From assembly GCA_026416125.1 (NCBI GenBank), contig JAOAFT010000003.1, positions 82,022 through 146,021 of the forward strand: 64,000 nucleotides of DNA. The letters run 5' to 3'. Below are positions 8,542 to 18,831 of this stretch, one piece after another. Both the position numbers and the translations under genes were made by a program. This DNA comes from Bacteroidota bacterium (GTDB taxonomy: Bacteria > Bacteroidota > Ignavibacteria > UBA10030). Numbering within the stretch: the first letter of the stretch is position 1; each line of letters begins with the position of its first letter. Under the pieces are notes generated by a model. That model was not told the DNA's origin, ran no database searches, and worked only from the letters and a program-made list of their open reading frames with translations.

Positions 8542-10694
8542 AAGAGTTTGAACCACATCATCGGCAGAAACTTCGGATTTTCAGCATTATCGTTGTATTT
8601 TGCGTTCTCTTCCTGGCTATCAGTACACGATTATTTATTTACCAAATTGTCGATGCTGAAAAGTACAAGCAACTGGCCCGAAAGCAATATGAAAAAAAGT
8701 TTATTCTCCCTGCTGTTCGAGGGTGTATTTACGATCGGAATGGGAATGTTTTAGTCTCGAATACACAATTCATTTCATTTGCTGCTGATCCAAAGATAGT
8801 TGGCGATAAAGCCACACTTGTAGCAGAGGCGTTCGCTCAGGTATTTCAGAAGCCGAGTTCTGTGTATTTGGAAAAATTGCAGAAAGATCCGTCGAAACGC
8901 TTTGTTTGGTTAGAACGTCATGTTCATCCATCGGTTGTTCAGCGGTTTGACCCAGAAAAGATAAAAGGGGTTGTTGTAATAAACGAACCACGGCGTTTAT
9001 ATCACTACGATGATATTGCGTCAACTTTGATCGGAATGACAGATATAGATAATCGAGGTATTGCTGGTTTGGAGTTGCAGTACAACAGTGTTTTACATGG
9101 GGTTGATGGATCTATAGTTATGCAAAGAGACGGTGCAGGTCGTATTCGACCTTCAGCTGATTATCCCCGCATTGACCCCGTAAATGGGTGCGATATTGTA
9201 CTTACAATTGATATAACGTATCAATCAATTGTTGATGAGGAGTTAAAACGAGGCGTTGAATTCTATCAGGCTGATGCTGGGGTAGCGTTGATGCTTAATC
9301 CGAAAACAGGTGAACTCCTTGCACTTTCAACATATCCACGAGTAAATCCGAACGAGCTTGGAGATGTTGATGTTGCAATGCTTCGTAATCGTGCGATCAC
9401 TGATATTTTTGAACCTGGTTCAGTCTATAAAATTGTGACAGCAGCTGCTGCGTATGAACACAAGCTTGTAAATCCAATGGATCGATTCTACGCTGAAAAG
9501 GGAAAGATGAGAATCCAAGCGAATGGACGTGATCTCCGTGTAATTACCGATACACATCCTTCTGAATGGTTGAGTTTTCAAGAGGCAATGGAAATATCGA
9601 GCAATATTGTTTTTGTGAAAGTATCAAAGTTAATCGGGAGTGAACGATTCTACCGTATGGCACGAGATTTCGGATTCGGTATGCAGACAGGTATTGATCT
9701 TCCTGGCGAAGTACGTGGAATTCTTCGAAAACCTAATGAGTGGTCACCAATTACACTTCAGTCAATGTCGTATGGTTACGAAGTTGGAACAACACCGCTC
9801 CAAATTGCGTGTGCATATGCAGCACTTGCGAACAATGGCATATTAATGAAACCATACGTTGTAGCTGAAGTACGATCTCCACAGGGAGACATTGTACAAT
9901 CGCAAGGACCATTTCCAATCCGAAAAGTTGTGTCACCAAGTACGGTGGAGTTGCTAACACGAGCACTCGAAGGTGTTGTTGAACGTGGAACTGCTAAACT
10001 GGTCCATTTGGGGAATGTACGCATTGCTGGAAAAACGGGGACATCAAAGAAATGGGTTGAGGGACGGTACGTTGAGAGCACATACACTGCATCTTTCGTC
10101 GGTTTTTTCCCGATTGAAGATCCACAAATTGTATGTCTTGTGATGCTCGATAATCCTAAAACACCAGTATACTATGGTGGTGCAACAAGTGGACCAATCT
10201 TTCGGGCTATTGCAGAACGAGTTGTTAGTACATCGTATAAATTTTCAAAGTCGGTTGTTATTCATTCAAGAAATGAAATACGATCTCGTGTTGTACCTGA
10301 TGTAAGAATGTTAACAATTCCAATTGCCAAAAAGCTGCTCGCAAGTTATGGATTAGAACCAACAATCTATGGAACAGGTACACTTATTATGCGTCAGTCT
10401 CCAGAACCGGGGACGATTCTCCATCAAGGTGATGCAGTTTCATTAATACTTGAACAGAATGCAAGTGTTCATAAAGGCCTTGTTGAAGTACCACATGTAT
10501 GTGGAATGAGTCTTCGTCGTGCGCTCAATAGGCTTGTTCTTGATGATTTCGAAGTAAAGATTCATGGCACAGGTAAAGTTATTTCTCAAACTCCCAACGG
10601 TGGGGAGATTGTGAAAGTTGGTTCCAGAGTAATGTTATACTGTGAACAGCACAGCATTGATCGAAAGAAGCAAACAATAGCGAGTAGAGAATGA
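8538..10694 (+). CDS. ftsI: Peptidoglycan D,D-transpeptidase FtsI (class B PBP) with two C-terminal PASTA domains
   Basis: ATGA overlap with ftsL. N-terminal TM, PBP dimerisation domain, transpeptidase region and two C-terminal PASTA-like repeats (VVPDVRMLTIPIAKKLL...SLILEQ and EVPHVCGMSLRRALNRL...MLYCE). Confidence 0.9.
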   Translation: MKEFEPHHRQKLRIFSIIVVFCVLFLAISTRLFIYQIVDAEKYKQLARKQYEKKFILPAVRGCIYDRNGNVLVSNTQFISFAADPKIVGDKATLVAEAFAQVFQKPSSVYLEKLQKDPSKRFVWLERHVHPSVVQRFDPEKIKGVVVINEPRRLYHYDDIASTLIGMTDIDNRGIAGLELQYNSVLHGVDGSIVMQRDGAGRIRPSADYPRIDPVNGCDIVLTIDITYQSIVDEELKRGVEFYQADAGVALMLNPKTGELLALSTYPRVNPNELGDVDVAMLRNRAITDIFEPGSVYKIVTAAAAYEHKLVNPMDRFYAEKGKMRIQANGRDLRVITDTHPSEWLSFQEAMEISSNIVFVKVSKLIGSERFYRMARDFGFGMQTGIDLPGEVRGILRKPNEWSPITLQSMSYGYEVGTTPLQIACAYAALANNGILMKPYVVAEVRSPQGDIVQSQGPFPIRKVVSPSTVELLTRALEGVVERGTAKLVHLGNVRIAGKTGTSKKWVEGRYVESTYTASFVGFFPIEDPQIVCLVMLDNPKTPVYYGGATSGPIFRAIAERVVSTSYKFSKSVVIHSRNEIRSRVVPDVRMLTIPIAKKLLASYGLEPTIYGTGTLIMRQSPEPGTILHQGDAVSLILEQNASVHKGLVEVPHVCGMSLRRALNRLVLDDFEVKIHGTGKVISQTPNGGEIVKVGSRVMLYCEQHSIDRKKQTIASRE

Positions 10695-12187
10695 AACTAG
10701 CACAACTCCTTGAGGGCGTACAAGTCACCAAGTTATTCCAAACAATGTACGGCCAGATGGTCGTTACGCAAGATGTTACAATTGCCAACGTTCAGTACGA
10801 TTCACGGAAAGTAGGAGTCAACGATTGTTTTGTTGCACTCCGTGGTGTCAATTCAGATGGTCATCGATTTGTCCAGAATGCGATAACCCAAGGTGCAAGG
10901 GTCATTATTGTTGAGGACGAAAGTGTACTCCCTGATGCACTCTGTATGCACGCGGGTATTATTAAAGTGGTTGTTCCAGACACAAAACGTACGTTGGCAC
11001 AAATCGCAGCAAATTTCTATGGACACCCTGCTGATCAATTAACAATTGTAGGGGTGACAGGTACGAATGGAAAGACAACAACATCGAATCTTGTTCGTGC
11101 TATTCTTGAAAAAAGTGGTAAACCGTGTGGTCTTATCGGGACCATTGAGTACCGCATTGGTACAATGGTGTACCCTTCTACACACACAACGCCGGAATCA
11201 TTAGAATTGCAACAAATGTTCTCTGAAATGGTAAAAGCAGGATGTGCGGCAGTATCGATGGAGGTTTCATCACATGCACTAGACCAACGCAGGGTGGAGG
11301 GTATTCATTTTGCTGGAGCGATTTTCTCGAATCTCACACAAGACCATCTCGACTACCATGGCACGATGGAAAACTACTTTATAGCGAAGAAGAAATTATT
11401 CGACAATCTTTCCTCTTCAGCTGTTGCAGTTGTAAATCGAGATGATGCATATGGAGAAAGGATCATTGCAGATTGTCGAGCAAGAAAAGTATTCTATAGT
11501 CTTCAACGTGATGCTGATGTTGTGGGAACTATTGTCGAATTAAGCTTGGAAGGTACAACAATCGAAATAAAGGCAGGGAAGGAGCAATTTCTTGTCCGCA
11601 CTCCATTAATTGGTCGATTCAATGCCTATAATGTTGTGAGTGCAGTGAGTGTAGCATTAGCGTTGGGAATTCGTGTCGAAGATATTCAAGCTGGTATAGA
11701 GGCAATGAAAAGTGTTCGTGGGAGGTTTGAATCACTTCGTTCGAAAAAAGGTTGGATGGCAGTTATTGACTATGCACACACACCCGATGCACTCGAAAAG
11801 TGTTTACGTACAATTCGAGAAGTAATGCCATCAAATGAACGAGGGAGAATTATTACGGTCTTTGGGGCTGGCGGTGACCGAGATAAAACAAAACGTCCAC
11901 TCATGGGAAAGGTTGCAGGTTTGTTGAGCGATATGGTAATTGTGACCTCAGACAACCCAAGGAGTGAGAATCCTGAAGCTATCATCGATGATATTTGCCG
12001 TGGTATTCCACCGAAGACAAATGTATGTCGGGAAGTAGATCGGAGGAAAGCAATTGAAACTGCAGTGAAGATTGCACAAAAAGGGGATATAGTCCTCATT
12101 GCGGGGAAAGGACATGAAGACTACCAAATCATTGGTACCGAACGTCGTCATTTTAGTGATAAGGAAGTTGTTGAATCGTTACTATGA
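10691..12187 (+). CDS. murE: UDP-N-acetylmuramoyl-L-alanyl-D-glutamate--2,6-diaminopimelate ligase MurE
   Basis: Mur ligase P-loop GVTGTNGKTTT. The DNPR motif (TSDNPRSENP) indicates meso-DAP specificity. ATGA overlap with ftsI. Confidence 0.9.
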   Translation: MKLAQLLEGVQVTKLFQTMYGQMVVTQDVTIANVQYDSRKVGVNDCFVALRGVNSDGHRFVQNAITQGARVIIVEDESVLPDALCMHAGIIKVVVPDTKRTLAQIAANFYGHPADQLTIVGVTGTNGKTTTSNLVRAILEKSGKPCGLIGTIEYRIGTMVYPSTHTTPESLELQQMFSEMVKAGCAAVSMEVSSHALDQRRVEGIHFAGAIFSNLTQDHLDYHGTMENYFIAKKKLFDNLSSSAVAVVNRDDAYGERIIADCRARKVFYSLQRDADVVGTIVELSLEGTTIEIKAGKEQFLVRTPLIGRFNAYNVVSAVSVALALGIRVEDIQAGIEAMKSVRGRFESLRSKKGWMAVIDYAHTPDALEKCLRTIREVMPSNERGRIITVFGAGGDRDKTKRPLMGKVAGLLSDMVIVTSDNPRSENPEAIIDDICRGIPPKTNVCREVDRRKAIETAVKIAQKGDIVLIAGKGHEDYQIIGTERRHFSDKEVVESLL

Positions 12188-13596
12188 AGATATATAAAAG
12201 AGACATATTAAGTCTCGAACATTGTGAACATAGTGGTTTTGAACATCTCCGTGGAGTTGTTGCGACGGGAGTATCAATAGATTCAAGGACGATATCCAAA
12301 GGAGATATTTTTATTGCTCTTCGAGGTGAACGGTATGATGGTCACGATTTTTTAAGCATTGCACTCAATGGTGGTGCTGCTGCTGTTGTACTAGAAAAGC
12401 AGTGGGTTGATGCAAATCGTTCAATGTTCGTAAGTATTGATGCACCAAAAATAGTTGTTCCGAATACAACCCGTGCTCTCGGTGAGCTTGCTCGGAATCA
12501 CCGACGAAAATTTTCAATTCCTCTCCTTGTTGTTGCTGGTTCGAATGGAAAAACGACAACGAAAGAATTAATAGCTGCGGTACTTAAGGAACGGTATCGG
12601 GTTTTATATACAGAAAAGAATTACAATAACCATATTGGTGTACCGCTAACACTCTTCAAGCTTGAACAATCCCACGATATTGGTGTTCTCGAGGCTGGAA
12701 CAAATCACAATGGAGAGTTGATGTACCTGTGTACAATTGCTGAGCCAACTCATGGATTGATTACCAACATTGGGCGTGAGCATCTGGAATTTTTTGGATC
12801 GCTCGAAGGCGTTGCAAGAGCGGAAGGCGAATTGTTTGAGTATCTCCGGGAACACAATGGAACACTGATTATCAATGCAGACGACTCATGGATTGAAAAG
12901 CTTGCCCAGGGATATACCCGTGTTGTTCGGTATGGTTTTCAAAAGCGAAGTGTATTTGTTCGCGGAAAACGTCTACGAATTCAAGACAATGGGTGCGCCA
13001 CATTTACAGTGAAAACAAGATGTGGAAAAGAGTTCTCCGTGGTAATTCCGATACCTGGAGTTCATAATGCTATGAATGCGCTTGCAGCTGTTACCATCGG
13101 GTTACTGTTCCATGTACCTAAGAAAAAAATTCAGAAAGCGCTTGAAGCTGCTCCAACACCTTCAAAGAGGATGGAAGTATTCAAGCTAAATGGAATACTT
13201 ATTCTTGACGATTCATATAATGCTAATCCCGATTCGGTGCATGCAGCGCTCCGTTCACTTGCACAAATTCGATGTAGTGGAAAGCGTGTTGCTGTCCTTG
13301 GTGACATGTTAGAGTTGGGCGAACATGCTCCTCAGTACCATCGTGAGATCGGTGAAGCTCTGGCAACGTACTCGATCGATCTCCTTATCACGTATGGTCC
13401 TTTGGCACATGAGTACTATATTGCTTCTACAATTGCTGAAAAATATCACTGTGAGAAAAAAGAGTATGTTTATAATATACTTGATGCCTTACTTAAACCA
13501 GGTGACTGTGTCCTTATTAAAGGATCGAGAGGAATGAAGATGGAAGATATTGTACACCATCTGCGTAAACAGTACTCACAATCAAGGGAAGGATAG
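12184..13596 (+). CDS. murF: UDP-N-acetylmuramoyl-tripeptide--D-alanyl-D-alanine ligase MurF
   Basis: Mur ligase P-loop AGSNGKTTTKE. Position after murE. Confidence 0.85.
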   Translation: MKIYKRDILSLEHCEHSGFEHLRGVVATGVSIDSRTISKGDIFIALRGERYDGHDFLSIALNGGAAAVVLEKQWVDANRSMFVSIDAPKIVVPNTTRALGELARNHRRKFSIPLLVVAGSNGKTTTKELIAAVLKERYRVLYTEKNYNNHIGVPLTLFKLEQSHDIGVLEAGTNHNGELMYLCTIAEPTHGLITNIGREHLEFFGSLEGVARAEGELFEYLREHNGTLIINADDSWIEKLAQGYTRVVRYGFQKRSVFVRGKRLRIQDNGCATFTVKTRCGKEFSVVIPIPGVHNAMNALAAVTIGLLFHVPKKKIQKALEAAPTPSKRMEVFKLNGILILDDSYNANPDSVHAALRSLAQIRCSGKRVAVLGDMLELGEHAPQYHREIGEALATYSIDLLITYGPLAHEYYIASTIAEKYHCEKKEYVYNILDALLKPGDCVLIKGSRGMKMEDIVHHLRKQYSQSREG

Positions 13597-13598
13597 AA

Positions 13599-14723
13599 AT
13601 GTTTTACTACTTGTTTACATACATCGATCGGCTCTACAATGTACCTGGATTTGGTGTGTTTAAGTACATTACATTCCGTGCTGGCGCTGCGGCAGTAACT
13701 GCCCTCATTATTGCCTTTTGGGTTGGCCCCAAAATTATCAACCTCATGAAACAGAAACAGATTGGTGAGGCTGCAAAACTTGAGGCACCTAAAACACACC
13801 TCACGAAAGCGGGAACACCAACAATGGGTGGACTTATTGTGCTTGCTTCGATTGTTATCCCCGCTCTCCTTTGGTCCGATCTCAAGAATACCTATATTCT
13901 TTTGATTCTCTTTGTCACTGTTGTCCTTGGAGCTGTGGGGTTTTTAGATGATTACCTTAAGGTTATCAAAAAGAAACCCCAAGGCCTTATTGGGAAGTAT
14001 AAAATTGTCGGTCAAGTATTTGTTGGGTGTGTTGTAGGGGCTGTTATCTATTTCTTTCCACACTGGATTGATCCAGAGTTGTGGAAGATAAAATCGAGTA
14101 CGACGGTTCCCTTTATTAAGTACCTTGAGTTCGATTTTGGTGTATTTTACATTCCAATGGTTGTTTTTGTCATTACAGCCACATCGAATGCAGTGAATCT
14201 CACTGATGGGTTAGATGGTTTAGCAATTGGAATTGTCGGCATTGTGAGCCTTACGCTTGCCATTATTACGTATATTTGTGGTCATGCCATTTGGAGTCAG
14301 TACCTTACAATTCCATTCTTACGAGGAGCTGGAGAGCTTGCGATTTACTGTTTAGCTATAGTGGGAGCATCGTTAGGTTTTCTATGGTTCAACTCATACC
14401 CAGCACAAATATTTATGGGCGATACAGGTTCGTTAGCGCTAGGTGGAATCATTGGGGCGCTCTGTGTGTTGGTTAAGAAAGAACTGTTGCTGCCAATCCT
14501 TGGTGGGGTTTTCTTAATGGAGACACTCTCCGTGATTATCCAACGTACATACTTTAAGTATACTAAGAAAAAGTACGGTGAAGGACGCAGAGTATTCAAA
14601 ATGGCACCAATCCACCATCACTTTGAATTACTTGGATGGCCGGAGCCCAAGATTGTTACACGATTCTATATCATTGCTATTATTTTAATGATTTTAAGTT
14701 TAGCAACGTTTAAGGTACGGTAG
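13599..14723 (+). CDS. mraY: Phospho-N-acetylmuramoyl-pentapeptide-transferase MraY
   Basis: Polytopic membrane protein with MraY motifs (NAVNLTDGLDGLA, HHHFE). Confidence 0.9.
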   Translation: MFYYLFTYIDRLYNVPGFGVFKYITFRAGAAAVTALIIAFWVGPKIINLMKQKQIGEAAKLEAPKTHLTKAGTPTMGGLIVLASIVIPALLWSDLKNTYILLILFVTVVLGAVGFLDDYLKVIKKKPQGLIGKYKIVGQVFVGCVVGAVIYFFPHWIDPELWKIKSSTTVPFIKYLEFDFGVFYIPMVVFVITATSNAVNLTDGLDGLAIGIVGIVSLTLAIITYICGHAIWSQYLTIPFLRGAGELAIYCLAIVGASLGFLWFNSYPAQIFMGDTGSLALGGIIGALCVLVKKELLLPILGGVFLMETLSVIIQRTYFKYTKKKYGEGRRVFKMAPIHHHFELLGWPEPKIVTRFYIIAIILMILSLATFKVR

Positions 14724-14728
14724 AGACG

Positions 14729-16078
14729 ATGGTATCGCTGGTAGGGAAAACGGTAACAGTACTGGGAGCAGCACGAAGTGGCATAGCAGTTGCTCCACTC
14801 TTGAAGAATAACGGTGCAAATGTTTTTGTAAGTGACAGTGCACCCGCTGAAAAACTAACGCACGAATGTGAGGTTCTCAACGCGCACGGCATTGCTTATG
14901 AAACGGGGAAACACTCTGAACGGGTGTACAAGTGTTCGCTCATGGTACTGAGTCCTGGCGTTCCATCGACTGCGCAAGTTGTTGTTGAGGCACAGCGTCG
15001 TAATATTCCAGTTGTGAGTGAGCTCGAAGTAGCAAGCTGGTTCTGTAAAGGGCCGATCATTGCCATTACGGGAAGCAATGGGAAAACAACTACAACAACA
15101 TTAGTTGGAGAAATTCTGAATGATGCTAGAATAAAACACGTTGTTGCTGGAAACATTGGTACGGCATTTTCATCGGTTGTTCATACTGTGGATAAGGAAA
15201 CACTTGTAGTTCTTGAAGTTAGTAGCTTTCAACTTGATCATATTCAAACGTTCAGACCATGGATTTCGGTTATCTTGAACATTACCCCAGATCACATGGA
15301 TCGCTATGAGCATAGAATGGAGTTGTACGCTGCTGCAAAAGCCCGCATTTTTGAAAATCAATGTGATGACGATATCATCGTTTATAACGTTGATGATGAG
15401 TGGACAAGGAGAGTTGTTCAGTCGGCGCGTTCACAGAGAGTAGAATTTAGTACCCAAGGCTCAGTGACACGGGGTGCTATGCTCGATGGAAAGACTATTC
15501 GTACGATCCTTGATGGTGTTCCAGTTGATGTTCTTCCGATCAATGAATTGGGAATTCGTGGTATGCACAATGTATATAATGTAATGGCTGCAACCCTAGT
15601 TGCTCGAGTCATTGGTATTGATCTTGACACGATACGAACAACGCTGCGGACGTTTCGCGGTGTTGAACACCGCTTAGAATTTGTACGGGAGCTTAATGGT
15701 GTGCAGTACTACAACGATTCGAAAGCGACGAATGTAGATTCTGTACGCTTTGCGTTGCAAGCATTTGAGGAACCAATTGTGCTCCTCCTTGGTGGACGCG
15801 ATAAAGGGAATGATTACACAGTGCTTACAGAGTTAGTTCGCGAACGTGTCAAAGCAATTGTTGCACTCGGGGAGTCAGCTGAGAAAGTTGAGAATGCATT
15901 TCGTGGGATAACAGTTGTTAAGCGTGCAACATCCATGGATGAAGCAGTGTCTGTTGCACGGTTCTTAGCGGTTCCTGGTGATGTTGTGCTTCTTTCCCCA
16001 GCCTGCGCATCCTTCGACTGGTTTCAGAATTACGAACATAGAGGTAAGGTTTTTAAAGAACTTGTTCAAAAGTTATAG
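14729..16078 (+). CDS. murD: UDP-N-acetylmuramoylalanine--D-glutamate ligase MurD
   Basis: ITGSNGKTTTTTL P-loop, N-terminal Rossmann-like start (GAARSG). dcw position. Confidence 0.9.
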   Translation: MVSLVGKTVTVLGAARSGIAVAPLLKNNGANVFVSDSAPAEKLTHECEVLNAHGIAYETGKHSERVYKCSLMVLSPGVPSTAQVVVEAQRRNIPVVSELEVASWFCKGPIIAITGSNGKTTTTTLVGEILNDARIKHVVAGNIGTAFSSVVHTVDKETLVVLEVSSFQLDHIQTFRPWISVILNITPDHMDRYEHRMELYAAAKARIFENQCDDDIIVYNVDDEWTRRVVQSARSQRVEFSTQGSVTRGAMLDGKTIRTILDGVPVDVLPINELGIRGMHNVYNVMAATLVARVIGIDLDTIRTTLRTFRGVEHRLEFVRELNGVQYYNDSKATNVDSVRFALQAFEEPIVLLLGGRDKGNDYTVLTELVRERVKAIVALGESAEKVENAFRGITVVKRATSMDEAVSVARFLAVPGDVVLLSPACASFDWFQNYEHRGKVFKELVQKL

Positions 16079-16084
16079 AGTTCA

Positions 16085-17242
16085 ATGCAGCGAAATCATA
16101 TCGACATATGGGTTTTAGTTGTTGTCTTAGCATTAATGGTGCTGAGCCTTGGTGTGGTGTACAGTGCATCGGCAGAATGGGCATACAAACGATTCGAAAA
16201 TCCAAGCCATTACTTTAACTTGCACGTTATAAAAGTGCTTATTGGGTTTATTGCATTGTACGTTGGACTCCGAGTACCATACACAATTTACAAACCGTTT
16301 ACGAAACCTGTATTGCTCATTGCATGTATCTTCTTAGTTGTTACCCTAGTTTTAGGTGGTGAAGTCAAAGGTGCAGTACGGTGGATCCGATTGGGCGGGC
16401 TTGGGTTTCAGCCTTCGGAATTAGCGAAGTATGCACTTCTCTTTCACCTTGCGTCTCTCATTGCCACAAAGAAAGATCTAGTGAGAGATTGGAAAGTTGG
16501 ATTTTTACCTATGTTGGTATGGATTAGTATTGTAGTGGTACTCATCTTGTTGCAACCAAATCTTAGTACAGCTGTTGTTACAATGATATTAGGCTCTTTA
16601 CTGATGTTTATTGGTGGTGTACGTATTGTTCACTTGGTACTCGCTGGGCTTACAGCGCTCCCGGTGATTGTCGGGTACCTTATACTTGAACCATATCGTC
16701 TTGAACGGATAAGATTGTACCTCTATGGGGTTTCAAATGGGAAGACAAACTACCAATTGATGCAAGGTATTCTTGCATTTGGAAATGGTGGAGTATTTGG
16801 TGTCGGTATTGGTGAAAGTCGTCAACGTGATTTGTTCCTTCCGGAGTCATACAACGACTTTGTATACTCAATCATTGGTGAAGAGTACGGATTTGTTGGT
16901 GCAATGTTAGTCCTTCTTGCATTTGCATTTATTCTTTTCCGTGGATATCGAATTGCAAAACATGCAAAAGATGATTTTGGCAGATACTTAGCATACGGTA
17001 TTACGAATGCTATCGTGCTCTATGCTCTTGTTAATGCCTCTGTTGCAGTGGGATTGTTTCCAACAACTGGACTCCCCATGCCGTTCATTAGTTATGGTGG
17101 TTCAGCATTGTTGATGACGTCCTTTGCAACAGGTGTTCTCTTAAACATATCGGCATACACCGATTTGCGTCCGCGCGTGAGTAAAACCGCAGATGGGTAC
17201 AATATGCATGAGCAGCAGGAAGGAGTTGGAAAGGTATACTGA
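16085..17242 (+). CDS. ftsW: Peptidoglycan glycosyltransferase FtsW (SEDS family)
   Basis: About 10 TM helices. SEDS motifs (GFQPSELAK, PESYNDFV). Confidence 0.9.
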   Translation: MQRNHIDIWVLVVVLALMVLSLGVVYSASAEWAYKRFENPSHYFNLHVIKVLIGFIALYVGLRVPYTIYKPFTKPVLLIACIFLVVTLVLGGEVKGAVRWIRLGGLGFQPSELAKYALLFHLASLIATKKDLVRDWKVGFLPMLVWISIVVVLILLQPNLSTAVVTMILGSLLMFIGGVRIVHLVLAGLTALPVIVGYLILEPYRLERIRLYLYGVSNGKTNYQLMQGILAFGNGGVFGVGIGESRQRDLFLPESYNDFVYSIIGEEYGFVGAMLVLLAFAFILFRGYRIAKHAKDDFGRYLAYGITNAIVLYALVNASVAVGLFPTTGLPMPFISYGGSALLMTSFATGVLLNISAYTDLRPRVSKTADGYNMHEQQEGVGKVY

Positions 17243-18327
17243 TGCGGTTTCTTTTTGCAGCCGGTGGTACCGGTGGACATATTTATCCAGCGCTCGCAAT
17301 AGTGGAGGAATTACAACGTGTTGTACCAAACGCAGAAATTCTCTTTGTTGGTACAAAAGATCGCCTTGAAGCTAGTCTTATTCCGAACTATGGGTACTCA
17401 TTTACAACAATTTGGATAAGTGGTTTTCGACGAGGAATGCATGTGAGTAACATTTTGTTTCCATTCAGAGTAGTGATATCAATGTTTCAGTCATACAACA
17501 TCATCCGAAAATTCAAACCTTCCTGTGTAATTGGTACTGGTGGATTCGTTTGTGGGCCTGTACTCGCGGTTGCTGAGTGTTTAGGTATTCCAACTGTTTT
17601 ACACGAATCAAACAGTTATCCAGGTGTAACGACTCGATTACTTGCGCCTTATGTTCGAAGAGTACTTCTAGCGTTTGACGAAACAAAGAAATGGCTCAAA
17701 CGGTCTGCAAATGCTGTCGTAGTTGGTACACCAACAAGAAGTCGATTAAATAATATTTCAAAAGACGAAGCAGTACGCTACTTCAATCTTGATTTGTGTA
17801 AGCCTATTGTTCTCGTTTTTGGTGGAAGTCAAGGTGCTTCAACGTTAAACCGTGTCGTTGCAATGAATATGCACATCTTTAGGGAACGTGGTATCCAATT
17901 GATTTGGCAAACGGGAAATAGTGAGTACGAAAAGTACAAGGACTTCATCACAGAATCTGAGGTGTATATAACGGCGTTTATTCATGCTATGGAGTATGCG
18001 TATGCAGCTGCCGACGTTGTCATTTGCAGAGCAGGGGCAACAACGCTTGCAGAGCTTACACGAAGTGGAAAGGCTGCAATTCTTGTTCCTTACCCTTACG
18101 CTGCAGCCGACCATCAACGAATGAATGCTCAAGCGTTGGCGAATGCTGGAGCAGCTTGTATGATCCTTGAGACAGAGTTGGAGAAGGAACTCATACCAAA
18201 ACTTGTGTATCTCCTTGAAAACACAGAGGTACGTGTCACAATGGAAGCTGCCTGTCGATCATTTGGGAGACCCAATGCGACAACCGACATTGTTCACCAT
18301 ATTCTTGAGGTAATGCACACAAAATGA
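17242..18327 (+). CDS. murG: UDP-GlcNAc:undecaprenyl-PP-MurNAc-pentapeptide GlcNAc transferase MurG
   Basis: AAGGTGGHIYPALA N-terminus and GT28 C-terminal domain. One-nucleotide TGATG overlap with ftsW. Confidence 0.9.
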   Translation: MRFLFAAGGTGGHIYPALAIVEELQRVVPNAEILFVGTKDRLEASLIPNYGYSFTTIWISGFRRGMHVSNILFPFRVVISMFQSYNIIRKFKPSCVIGTGGFVCGPVLAVAECLGIPTVLHESNSYPGVTTRLLAPYVRRVLLAFDETKKWLKRSANAVVVGTPTRSRLNNISKDEAVRYFNLDLCKPIVLVFGGSQGASTLNRVVAMNMHIFRERGIQLIWQTGNSEYEKYKDFITESEVYITAFIHAMEYAYAAADVVICRAGATTLAELTRSGKAAILVPYPYAAADHQRMNAQALANAGAACMILETELEKELIPKLVYLLENTEVRVTMEAACRSFGRPNATTDIVHHILEVMHTK

Positions 18328-18827
18328 AAGAGCGAGTGTTTCGATATAAATTGGATTTTTATTACCAGCAGGCAATAATTTACCTTGCAACGCTTGTACT
18401 CTATGCTGGAATTCGGGGAAATTTTATTGAAGATCAGTTCAATCTCGTCTTCAAAGACCCAATTTTATACATCATAAGTTTTTTTGTCATTCTTTCACTT
18501 ATTGTTCTCCTTGTGAATGTTCTTCGAGATCGGAAAATTGTGATTACAGACAATGCATTCATACTTCGTACTCGTACTCGTCAACAAGAGTTTCTCATAG
18601 ACGATATCGAGTGGATTCACATAGGAAAAGAACGATTTGTACAAACAGCGGGACATTTCCAACTAGTGGTCATTAAGTTTAAACAGAAGCCATTCGCCCT
18701 TCGTCTTCGTGTAGGTCGCTACGAACGAAGCCGTGAGTTGATTGCAGAGATGGAGCGAATTGCGCAACGTGTGCCAATGAAAAAACGTATTTCATTACAA
18801 AAGTTTCGTGAAAGAAAAAGTAGGTGA
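18324..18827 (+). CDS. Hypothetical membrane protein (167 aa, 2 predicted TM helices) inserted between murG and murC
   Basis: ATGA overlap with the murG stop. Ends 5 nt before the murC ATG. TM segments AIIYLATLVLYAGI and ILYIISFFVILSLIVLLVNVL, followed by a basic cytoplasmic domain. No recognisable family. Confidence 0.5.
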   Translation: MKERVFRYKLDFYYQQAIIYLATLVLYAGIRGNFIEDQFNLVFKDPILYIISFFVILSLIVLLVNVLRDRKIVITDNAFILRTRTRQQEFLIDDIEWIHIGKERFVQTAGHFQLVVIKFKQKPFALRLRVGRYERSRELIAEMERIAQRVPMKKRISLQKFRERKSR

Positions 18828-18831
18828 CGCG

